Origin: an uncultured Thermoplasmata archaeon
GTDB taxonomy: Archaea; Thermoplasmatota; Thermoplasmata; RBG-16-68-12
Assembly: GCA_963768855.1 (NCBI GenBank)
Contig: CAVYJM010000011.1
Coordinates: forward strand, 256,001 to 320,000
DNA length: 64,000 bases
Direction of reading: 5' to 3'
A program made the position numbers and the translations under genes. The notes beneath the pieces were generated by a model, which was not told the DNA's origin, made no database searches, and saw nothing but the letters and a program-made list of their open reading frames with translations. Position 1 is the first letter of the stretch, and the number at the start of each line of letters is the position of its first letter. Below are positions 17,516 through 26,180 of the stretch, in pieces.

Positions 17516-18859
17516 ATGGGAAGCTTCGACCCGATCGCCGAGTACAAGGCGCGCACGAAGAAGAGCGCGGCGTGGCACGCGGAAGCGAGCCAGCATCTGC
17601 CCGGCGGGGTCACGGGGAACGTGAAGTTCTACGCGCCCTACCCGGTCTATGCGAAGCGGGCGAAGGGCGGCCATCTCTGGGACCTCGATGGGAACGACTA
17701 CGTGGACTACATGCTCTGCTTCGGCCCGATGATCCTGGGACACGGCCACCCGAAGGTCCTCGAGGCGATCCGGAAGCAGATCGACCGGGACGGCACGGTG
17801 ATCTTCGGCCCGCCCCACGAGCTCGAGGTGCGGATGGCGGAGCGCCTCAAGCGCATCTTCCCGTTCGCGGACCTCGTCCGCTTTACGAACAGCGGGCTCG
17901 AGGCGACCCTCCATGCGCTGCGCATCGCGCGAGGGGTGAAGCACCGCGTCAAGATCGCGAAGTTCGAGGGCGCGTACCATGGCAGCTATGATGAGGTCCT
18001 CGTCAGCCTGACCCCCGCGGTGCCCGACGCCGGGCCTGCGGACGCGCCCAAGGCGATGTCCGGCTCCCTCAGCACGACCCCGGCCGAACTGCAGAACACG
18101 ATCGTCCTGCCGCTGAACGACCTCGACGCGTGCGTCCGCATCTTGAAGGCGCACAAGGACGAGATCGCGGCCCTCATCCTGGAGCCCGTCCAGCGCGGCT
18201 TCCTCGTCGCCGACGCGGACTTCCTCAGGGGACTGCGGGAGGCCACGAAGGCGCTCGACATCCTCCTCATCTTCGACGAGATCATGTCCGGGTTCCGCAT
18301 GGAGAAGCTCGGGGCCGTGCAGACGGTCGTGGGCGTGGAACCCGACCTCTTGACCCTGGGGAAGATCATCGGCGGCGGTTTCCCCTGCGGCGCCTTCCTG
18401 GGGACGCGGGAGACGATGGATGCCGTGAACCCGGTGACCCGCCCCGCGAACGAGCGCGTCTTCCATGGAGGCACGTTCAACGGCCACCCGACCGTGCTCG
18501 CCGCGGGCCTCGCGACCCTGGACGTCCTCGAGGAACCGGGGACCTACCCGTACCTGAACCGCGTGAGCGACCAGTTGCGGGACGGACTGAACGGCCTGTT
18601 CACGGACCTCCGCTTCGATGCGCAGGCGATCGGCCCCGGCTCGACGTTCAACATCGTGTTCGCGAAGGGGCCGATGCGGAACTACCGCGACGCGGCGAAG
18701 GCGGACAAGAAGCTCCGCCAGCTCTTCGACTTCGGGATGCTGGCTCGAGGAATCCATTTCCACCCGGACAAGCCGTGGTATACCTGCACCGCGCACACCG
18801 CCGAGGACGTGGACCGCACGCTCTCCGCGGCGGAAGGCGTTCTCAAGCAGATGCGGTGA
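17516..18859 (+). CDS. Class III aminotransferase (GSA aminomutase-like), paralog 2
   Basis: GNDYVDY, FEGAYHG, IFDEIMSGFR, LGKIIGGG, GTFNGHP. Confidence 0.9.
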   Translation: MGSFDPIAEYKARTKKSAAWHAEASQHLPGGVTGNVKFYAPYPVYAKRAKGGHLWDLDGNDYVDYMLCFGPMILGHGHPKVLEAIRKQIDRDGTVIFGPPHELEVRMAERLKRIFPFADLVRFTNSGLEATLHALRIARGVKHRVKIAKFEGAYHGSYDEVLVSLTPAVPDAGPADAPKAMSGSLSTTPAELQNTIVLPLNDLDACVRILKAHKDEIAALILEPVQRGFLVADADFLRGLREATKALDILLIFDEIMSGFRMEKLGAVQTVVGVEPDLLTLGKIIGGGFPCGAFLGTRETMDAVNPVTRPANERVFHGGTFNGHPTVLAAGLATLDVLEEPGTYPYLNRVSDQLRDGLNGLFTDLRFDAQAIGPGSTFNIVFAKGPMRNYRDAAKADKKLRQLFDFGMLARGIHFHPDKPWYTCTAHTAEDVDRTLSAAEGVLKQMR

Positions 18860-19960
18860 TCACGCCAGGCGGCCATAGCGGTCCAGGATCTCGACCACGT
18901 CCGGCACGGGCAGCTCCGCGGACGTGTTCCCGTCCCGTCCGACGACCGTCGTCGCGGTGAAGAGGGAATCCACGATCGCCTCCTCCGTCGCCTCGACGGC
19001 CGCGAGCAAGACCGGGTTGAGCGTCGCGTCGTGGACCCGTTTCTCCTGGAGCACGTCCGGCGGCGCCTCGTAGGGCACGCGGTTCGACGTCGAGAAGGCG
19101 ATCGCGATGTCCCCGCTCCCGTTCGAACTGAAGGAGCCGAGGCGAGCGAGGCCCATGAACGCCCTCCTCGCCACGCGTCCGAGCTGCCTGGAGGAGAGCG
19201 GCGCGTCCGTCGCGAGGACCGTAACGATCGATCCGCCGCCCCCGCGCGGCATAGCGGCGGCCGCCTCCTTCGCGATGAGCTCGCGGCCGACCGGCACGCC
19301 TGCGATCGTGAGGTGCTCCCGCCACCCGAAGTTCGAGAGGACGAGGGCGCCGACCGTCCACCCGCCGTCCTCTGCCTTGAGGCGGCGGCTCGCGGATCCG
19401 ATGCCTCCCTTGTACTGGCAGCACGTCATGCCGGTCCCCGCTCCCACGGCCCCCATCCGGACGTCCTCCGCCGCGACCGTGAGAGCGTCCCGGACGTGGG
19501 AGGGCTTCACATGGAGCCCGCGCGCGTCGTTCAGGAACGAGTCGTCGCACTCCGAGACGGTCGGGGCGACCGCGTCCTCCTCCTTCGCGGCCTCCGGATT
19601 CGACGCCAGCGTGGCCTCGAGGAGCCCGGTGAACACGTTGCCCACGCACATCGTGTTCGTGAGCCCGATCGGCGTCTCGAGCAGGCCGAACTCCCGCATG
19701 CTGACCGCGGAGGTGAGCTCCCCGCAGCCGTTGATCGTGTCCCACATGGCCTTGGGGCGGTCCCGCCACACGTTGCCCCGGTGCGGCACGATGATCGTGA
19801 CGCCCGTGCGGACCGGCCCCTTCCCGTGGACCAGTGAGCCTTCCCCCGAGACGAGGGTCACATGGCCCACGCGCACCTCCCCCACGTCCGCGATCGTGTT
19901 CCTCGGCCCGGGTTCGAGGATCCCGAGGCGCACTCCATACTCCCGGCATCGCGCCCGCAT
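18860..19960 (-). CDS. DmpA/P1 (S58) family aminopeptidase
   Basis: GPRNTIADV, RTGVT, ECDDSFLND, GAVGAGTG, autocleavage site NG-SGD. Confidence 0.9.
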   Translation of the reverse strand: MRARCREYGVRLGILEPGPRNTIADVGEVRVGHVTLVSGEGSLVHGKGPVRTGVTIIVPHRGNVWRDRPKAMWDTINGCGELTSAVSMREFGLLETPIGLTNTMCVGNVFTGLLEATLASNPEAAKEEDAVAPTVSECDDSFLNDARGLHVKPSHVRDALTVAAEDVRMGAVGAGTGMTCCQYKGGIGSASRRLKAEDGGWTVGALVLSNFGWREHLTIAGVPVGRELIAKEAAAAMPRGGGGSIVTVLATDAPLSSRQLGRVARRAFMGLARLGSFSSNGSGDIAIAFSTSNRVPYEAPPDVLQEKRVHDATLNPVLLAAVEATEEAIVDSLFTATTVVGRDGNTSAELPVPDVVEILDRYGRLA

Positions 19961-20195
19961 GTGTCTCCCTCTCGCCGTTCCGCGAGGCGCGGAGGAGGCT
20001 TAACCTCTTTTCGGGGCGCCCGCCCTGCACGTAGAGTTCCGATTCTCACGACGCAACGCACGAATAGAAGTTCGAAATTCCCGCGCTCGTCGCGAGGGCG
20101 AGACGCTGTCCACGATCTCCGGCCGGGTCTACCGGTTCTATCTGTACCAGGCGTGCTCCTCCTTTGCGATCTGGATCCCTTTCTGGGCGCTCTGG

Positions 20196-21380
20196 ATGCG
20201 CGAACACGTCGCCTCCGACTTCGAGTTCACCCTCGCCGACGTCGCGTTCTGGGTCGGCCTCCTGATCTTCCAGCTCCCCGTCGGCGTCTTGGCGGACCGC
20301 CTCGGGCGCAAGTGGACGATCGTACTCGCTGAGTGCTTCCGTACCGCGGGCATCCTCGGCTACGGGCTCGGGATCAACTTGCTGGGCTACGTCGCCGCGA
20401 ACATCATCTGGTCCATCGGCGGCGCCTTCTCCATCGGGACGTCCGCGTATCTCTACGAGACCCTGATGGAGGGCCGGCTCGAGGTCGAGTTTCCCCGCTA
20501 CATCGGCTGGAACACGGGGATCCAGCTCCTCTCGAACGCGGCCGCCGCCTTCGTGGGCGGCGTCCTCGTCTCGATGACGGGGAGCTTCCAGCAGACCCTC
20601 GTGTGGGGCGCGTTGATCAACGTGGTCGCGGTCGGAGTGGCCCTCACCTTCATCAACCCCGCCGTGGAGCGGCACGTCGAGCCCACGGCCCTGCGCCAGC
20701 TCGGGCAGGGACTCCGCATCGTGCGGCGACGGGAAGGCGTGTCGCTCCTCATCGGCCTCCAGGTGTTCATGGGCGTGACCCTGTACCTGATGACGGCCTT
20801 CCGCCCGCTGTACTTCCAGTTCCTCGGCCTCAGCGCGGCGGACATCGGGTTCGCAATCTTCCTCCTCCTGCTCCTCGCGGCGCTCGTCTCCGCCTTCACG
20901 GGCGCGATCTCGGACCGCCTCGGGGAGTTCGGCACCCTGTCCATGCTGACCGCCCTCGCCGCCATCCCCTTCTTCGGGATGTGGCTCGCGGGGCGTGCGG
21001 TGTGGGCCGTGTATCTCCAGGCCTCGATCTACGTCGTTTGGAGCCTGCAGCCCGCGATTCTCTCCGCCTACCTGAACCGGCGTCTCGAGCCGGGGCAGCG
21101 GGCCACGGTCCTGTCGATGGGTTCCTTCGCCTACACCCTCGGGCTTGTGATCGCGGAGCCCCTGGCCGGGTTGACGACGGCCACGACGAACGTTCTGTTC
21201 CTCGGATTGTACCTCGGCCTGCTCACCGCGATCCCGTGTGCCTACATCTTGGTCCGGTGGCGGGCGACCGTGGCGCCCTGGCCCGCGATCCATCCGGTCC
21301 CGTCGCGCCTCGTTCCCGGCGGCGCGGTGGTCTCCCGCTTCTCGCGGGTCTTCGAGCGGCTCGGTCGCCTATGGCCCTGA
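20196..21380 (+). CDS. MFS transporter (true start probably about 20106)
   Basis: GVLADRLGRK and GAISDRLGE motifs. The frame continues upstream through a TM1-like segment with no ATG/GTG/TTG. Confidence 0.88.
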   Translation: MREHVASDFEFTLADVAFWVGLLIFQLPVGVLADRLGRKWTIVLAECFRTAGILGYGLGINLLGYVAANIIWSIGGAFSIGTSAYLYETLMEGRLEVEFPRYIGWNTGIQLLSNAAAAFVGGVLVSMTGSFQQTLVWGALINVVAVGVALTFINPAVERHVEPTALRQLGQGLRIVRRREGVSLLIGLQVFMGVTLYLMTAFRPLYFQFLGLSAADIGFAIFLLLLLAALVSAFTGAISDRLGEFGTLSMLTALAAIPFFGMWLAGRAVWAVYLQASIYVVWSLQPAILSAYLNRRLEPGQRATVLSMGSFAYTLGLVIAEPLAGLTTATTNVLFLGLYLGLLTAIPCAYILVRWRATVAPWPAIHPVPSRLVPGGAVVSRFSRVFERLGRLWP

Positions 21381-21389
21381 CGGGGCGCC

Positions 21390-23237
21390 TCACGCGGTCG
21401 CGACCTCGGGGGCTTCGGCGGGCCGGGGGTTGACGAGGAAGCACGCCACGTAGTTCTCCGGCGCGACCTCAACGAGGTCGGGCTCGGCGGCGAGGTGCAT
21501 CGTCACGACGACGTCCGTTCCGGCCGCGGTGATGTCCCGGATGCCCCGGAGGGCGAGGACCTCCGCCTTCCGCTCTGCCACGAGGGTTCGGAGGCTCTCC
21601 GCGAGCGCGTCGGCGCTGCCTCCGGCCGCGGGGATCCGCAAGGTGCGCAGATCCTGGAGGACGGGCGTGCCCGTGCGTCCGGGCAACACGCTCGGCAGGA
21701 GCGGCTCGAGCGCCTCCTTGACCTCGTCCGCGTTCCAGCCGCATGACTCGAACGCCATGGGGCAGCGGGGATGGAAGCGACACCCCGTCGGGATGTCGAC
21801 GGGGTCGGGCCGTTCGCCCTTGAGGATCGTGCGGGTGGCCTTGTGGCGCGGGTCGGGACTCGGGACGACGGAAATGAGGGCCTGGGTGTACGGGTGCTTC
21901 GGGTGGGCCACGACCTGCTCCGCGGTCCCTTGTTCGACGATCTTTCCGAGATACATGACGGCAATCCGGTCCGCGAGGATCCATGCCAGGCTCAGGTCGT
22001 GGGTGATGAAGAGGTAAGTGAGGCTGCGCTTCGTCCGGAGGTCCATCATGAGCTGGATGATCTCCGTGCGGATCGACACGTCGAGCATGGAGACGGGCTC
22101 GTCGGCCACGATGAAATCCGGCTGGAGTACGAGGCCCGCCGCGATCGAGACGCGCTGGCGCTGCCCGCCGCTGAGCTCGTGGGGGAACCGGAACATGAAT
22201 TCCTCAGGCGGCCGGAGGCCCGTGTCGGTCAGCGCGCCCGCCACGATGGCCGCGGTCTCCTCGGGGCTCTTTGTCAATTTGTTCACCCGGAGCGGCTCGG
22301 CGACGATCTCATACACGGACTGCTTCGGGTTCAGGGACTCATATGGGTCCTGGAAGATCAACTGGAGCCGCTTGCGCAGCCCGCGAATCTGGATTCCGGA
22401 GTACTCCCCGGACTTCATGCGGAACGAGACCAATCCCTGCGCCACGGAGCCGGCCAGGATGGGGACCATGATGCCCGCGAGGATGAAGAAGAAGAAGTTG
22501 GTCCCCCAGGCCCTCCCGATGGCATCTGCCGCGCTCAGCGTAGCTCCCTGGAAGTAGAAGGCGGGGATCGGAGCCAGGAACCACGCCACGAAGGCGACAA
22601 CGGCGAGCGCGAGGGAGGTGCGCCGGGATGGGCGGCTCGGTGGTAGCGTCCCAATGATCCCGACCGCGACGGCGAGGCCGAGGCTGAACGCGTAGACTTG
22701 GCCGATGTCGGCGAAGGGATCCGTGAAGAACCCGATGACCGCGCTCAGGGCGAGGAGGCTAACCGCCGCTGAGACGATAACCATGAGACAGGACAACAGG
22801 TACTGATTGGCCGTCCAGGGGCGATGCTCCTTCCACGTGAGGGAGTACTTGCGCCGAAGCTCCCGCGCCGCCTCTTCCGCGCGGGCATCCTCTGCAGGGG
22901 CCCGGGTTAGCTCGCGGTACCTCTCATACTCCGCGTCGGGCATCTCCAAGAAGATGTCGCCCTCGGTCACTTCAACAAGGTGGAGGATGGCCTTGCCGGT
23001 CGTCGTCTTGCCGCACCCCGATTCGCCCACCAGGCAGAAGACCTCGCCCCGCCGCACGTCCAGGTCGATGCCGTCGACGGCTCGAACCCATCTGCTCGCG
23101 CGGGACATCATCTCCTTGAGGAGACCGCCCCTCTGGCTGAACCAGACCTTGAGGTTCCGGGCGCGAATGATCACTTCGGCGGGGGCGCTCGGGCTGTCCG
23201 CGGGACCACCTCCTGGACCTCCGGATAGAGGAAGCAA
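21390..23237 (-). CDS. Oligopeptide/dipeptide ABC ATPase (DppF/OppF-like) with large insertions
   Basis: [39 protein letters not shown]. About 150-aa hydrophobic insert after Walker A. Confidence 0.9.
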   Translation of the reverse strand: MLPLSGGPGGGPADSPSAPAEVIIRARNLKVWFSQRGGLLKEMMSRASRWVRAVDGIDLDVRRGEVFCLVGESGCGKTTTGKAILHLVEVTEGDIFLEMPDAEYERYRELTRAPAEDARAEEAARELRRKYSLTWKEHRPWTANQYLLSCLMVIVSAAVSLLALSAVIGFFTDPFADIGQVYAFSLGLAVAVGIIGTLPPSRPSRRTSLALAVVAFVAWFLAPIPAFYFQGATLSAADAIGRAWGTNFFFFILAGIMVPILAGSVAQGLVSFRMKSGEYSGIQIRGLRKRLQLIFQDPYESLNPKQSVYEIVAEPLRVNKLTKSPEETAAIVAGALTDTGLRPPEEFMFRFPHELSGGQRQRVSIAAGLVLQPDFIVADEPVSMLDVSIRTEIIQLMMDLRTKRSLTYLFITHDLSLAWILADRIAVMYLGKIVEQGTAEQVVAHPKHPYTQALISVVPSPDPRHKATRTILKGERPDPVDIPTGCRFHPRCPMAFESCGWNADEVKEALEPLLPSVLPGRTGTPVLQDLRTLRIPAAGGSADALAESLRTLVAERKAEVLALRGIRDITAAGTDVVVTMHLAAEPDLVEVAPENYVACFLVNPRPAEAPEVATA

Positions 23238-24172
23238 GCGACTTGGCGTGTCGGGGTGAGGTTAGCCAGCCCGGGTTCCGAGACGGTGCATCGGTCGAAC
23301 GCGTGCTTGCACCTCGGATGGAACACGCAGCCGGAGGGCGGCGAGATCAGGCTCGGGACATTGCCGGGGATGGCCTCGGGCATGAAGCGCTGACCACGGA
23401 TGTCGGGGAATGCGGCGACGAGTCCCTGCGTATACGGATGCTTCGGATCGGTGAAGACTTCCGACGTGGCGCCCGCCTCGGCGATCTTGCCACCGTACAT
23501 GATTACGACCTGCTCACAAGTATCCGCGATCACGGAGAGGTCATGGGAGATCAGGATCATGGAGAGGTTGAGCTCCTTCCGAAGCCGCTCCAGGAGTTCG
23601 AGGATCTGCGCCTGGATCATCACGTCCAGCGCAGTCACGGGCTCGTCCGCGATGACGAGCTTTGGGTTGCACGCGAGGGACATCGCAATCATCACGCGCT
23701 GCCGCATGCCGCCGGAGAACTCGTGTGGGTACTCGCTCAACCGTTTGCGCGGGATCCCGACCAGCTCGAGCAAGTCGCCCACCCGTTTCATCGCTTTCTC
23801 CTCGTCGACGTCCTCGTGGAGCAAGATGGGCTCCGCAATCTGCTTCCCGACCCGCTGGACCGGATTGAGCGAGTTCATCGCACCCTGGAACACGATTGAA
23901 ATGTCCTTCCACCGGATCTTCCGCATCATCGTCTCCGAGGATTTCACAAGGTCCCGTCCGCGGAACTTGATGGAACCCGCGACAATCTTCCCGTTGTACG
24001 GGAGCAGCCGCATGAGCGAGAGCGCGGTCGTCGTCTTCCCGCAGCCGCTCTCCCCCGCGAGCCCAAGGGCCTTGCCCTCCTCCAAGGAGAAGCTGACGCC
24101 TTCCACCGCACGAACCGTTCCAGCTTGGGTGCTGAACTCGATCCGGAGGTCCTCGACCTCGAGGAGGGCCAC
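23171..24172 (-). CDS. Oligopeptide/dipeptide ABC ATPase (DppD/OppD-like)
   Basis: [43 protein letters not shown] start at 24172. Confidence 0.93.
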   Translation of the reverse strand: MALLEVEDLRIEFSTQAGTVRAVEGVSFSLEEGKALGLAGESGCGKTTTALSLMRLLPYNGKIVAGSIKFRGRDLVKSSETMMRKIRWKDISIVFQGAMNSLNPVQRVGKQIAEPILLHEDVDEEKAMKRVGDLLELVGIPRKRLSEYPHEFSGGMRQRVMIAMSLACNPKLVIADEPVTALDVMIQAQILELLERLRKELNLSMILISHDLSVIADTCEQVVIMYGGKIAEAGATSEVFTDPKHPYTQGLVAAFPDIRGQRFMPEAIPGNVPSLISPPSGCVFHPRCKHAFDRCTVSEPGLANLTPTRQVACFLYPEVQEVVPRTARAPPPK

Positions 24173-24174
24173 GG

Positions 24175-25140
24175 TCAGCGCCTCCGGAGTCGCGGATTCA
24201 GGATATCGTCCAAGGCGTATCCGAACAGATAGAACCCGAGAACGAGGACGACGATGCACATCCCCGGCACGATCATCCACCACGGGTTCCCGATAATCAT
24301 CGCGTTCTGACTGTTCGCTTCCTCGATGATCTTGCCCCAGCTCATGTAGCTCAAGCCAGAGAGGCCGAGGAACGCGAGAACGGCCTCGGACAGGATCGAG
24401 ACCGCCACGGTCAAGATCGTGTTCGCGAAGATGAGCGGGAACGCGTTCGGGAAGATGTGGCGGGCCATGATGTGGAAGTTCGAGGATCCGATCATCCGTG
24501 CCCGCTCGACGAACATACGTTCCTTCACGGACAGCACTTGAGCCCGGATCACCCGTGCGGTAATCGACCATCCCGTCAGCCCGATGATGAGCGTCATGCC
24601 CCAGAGCTCGATATTCCCGATGATTGCAGCGACCACGATCATCAGGACGAGCCAAGGGATCGAGAGGACGATGTCGTTGAACCGCATGATGACTTCGTCG
24701 ACCCAGCCCCCGATGTATCCGGAGACAAGGCCCACGGCCGTCCCGACGACGCTCGCGATAATGGCCGAAAGGACGCCAACGATGAAAGAGACCCGGGTTC
24801 CCCAAATCACTTGGGAGTAGATGTCGTCCCCATAGTAGCTAACTCCCAGGGGATGCGCCGCATTCGGGGGAGTCAAAGAGCAATCCAGTCCCGCAGTGCA
24901 GGTCGTACCCAGCGGGACCACCCGCTGGAGGGGTCCGTAGGCGGTCAGGACCGGTGCCAGGATCGCGATGCTCATGAAGAAGATGAGGATACCGAGGCCC
25001 GCCAGAGCCATCTTGCTCCGCCGAACTTGCGTCCAGACTTCCGTGAACCGGCGGTACGCCACCTTCAGAGACGCCCTGAACGGTGAGACGACCTGAGATG
25101 TGACGACCGGCGTAGCTCCCAAGGTCCTCCCCTCAAGCAA
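24175..25140 (-). CDS. Peptide ABC permease (DppC/OppC-like)
   Basis: HPLG, EAA loop FVERARMIG...HIFPN, SWGKII, PWW...PG. Confidence 0.92.
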   Translation of the reverse strand: MLEGRTLGATPVVTSQVVSPFRASLKVAYRRFTEVWTQVRRSKMALAGLGILIFFMSIAILAPVLTAYGPLQRVVPLGTTCTAGLDCSLTPPNAAHPLGVSYYGDDIYSQVIWGTRVSFIVGVLSAIIASVVGTAVGLVSGYIGGWVDEVIMRFNDIVLSIPWLVLMIVVAAIIGNIELWGMTLIIGLTGWSITARVIRAQVLSVKERMFVERARMIGSSNFHIMARHIFPNAFPLIFANTILTVAVSILSEAVLAFLGLSGLSYMSWGKIIEEANSQNAMIIGNPWWMIVPGMCIVVLVLGFYLFGYALDDILNPRLRRR

Positions 25141-26140
25141 TCTTGATTCGCGGATCCAGGTAAAGCAAGATGAAGTCAGAGACGAAATTGGCTAGAACGA
25201 TGGCCACGCCCCCGATCACGATGATGAACTGGAGCAGCGGGAAGTCGAGATCGGTGATGGCCTGGATCGTCTCCCAGCCGATCCCTTTGTACCCGAACAC
25301 CACCTCGACTTGGTATGCCCCCCCGATGATGAATGCTAGGTCCAGGGCGATGAGGGAGACCATCGGCGGCAAACCGTTTGGAAAGATGTGCCGCCGGAGG
25401 ATCTGCCGGTCGCTGAGCCCTTTGGCCTTCGCCGTCGTGACGAAGTCCTCCGTCATCACATCAATCAGCGAGCTGCGCATGACGAGGGAGACCCCCGCGA
25501 GGGTCCCGAGGGTCAAGGTGAGGGTCGGCAGGATCAGATGCACGGCCGTGCTGGAGATGTGGCTCCAGTCCCACGCCCACGGTCCTAACCTGTCGTCGAA
25601 ATATCCGTTTCCCGGGAGGACGGGCCACCACGAGAACGTTGAGCGGATGAAGGAGTTCGGGGCGAAGCTCCAGAGGAGCATGAACCCGAGCCAGAAGGTC
25701 GGCATCCCGTAGAGGAAGATCCCGAACCCGGTGGTGACCAGGTCGAACGGCTTCCCGCGTCTCACCGCCGCGTAGGAGCCGATCAGCATCCCCAGGATGA
25801 TCGTGAGGACAGTCGAGGTCCCTACGAGGAGCAGGGTCCAGCCCAGGTCCCGCATCAGGATGTCGAAGACGGGCTGTTTGTAGTAGAAAGAGAGGCCCCA
25901 ATTCAGCGTGAACGTGTTCTGGAGGTAGATTAGGAACTGCATGTAGACGGGCTTGTCGAACCCGAACAGCTGCTGGTTATACGCGGCGAGGCCCGCGTAC
26001 TTCGGGTCATGGGGCGTGAGGCTGATGACCGGGTTCCCCGGCATCAGCCGGACGAGTATGTAGTTTAAACAAACAATCCCGAAGATCGTGATCACGGCGT
26101 TGATAGACCGCCGTGTCACGATCCTCAGGATTCTCCTCAT
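25133..26140 (-). CDS. Peptide ABC permease (DppB/OppB-like)
   Basis: PGNP, FVTTAKAKGL...RHIFPN, EVVFGYKGIG, DFPLLQ, LDPRI. Confidence 0.92.
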   Translation of the reverse strand: MRRILRIVTRRSINAVITIFGIVCLNYILVRLMPGNPVISLTPHDPKYAGLAAYNQQLFGFDKPVYMQFLIYLQNTFTLNWGLSFYYKQPVFDILMRDLGWTLLLVGTSTVLTIILGMLIGSYAAVRRGKPFDLVTTGFGIFLYGMPTFWLGFMLLWSFAPNSFIRSTFSWWPVLPGNGYFDDRLGPWAWDWSHISSTAVHLILPTLTLTLGTLAGVSLVMRSSLIDVMTEDFVTTAKAKGLSDRQILRRHIFPNGLPPMVSLIALDLAFIIGGAYQVEVVFGYKGIGWETIQAITDLDFPLLQFIIVIGGVAIVLANFVSDFILLYLDPRIKIA

Positions 26141-26180
26141 CGACTCTCACTCCCATCCGTGTGGGGTTCTCCAGGCATCC

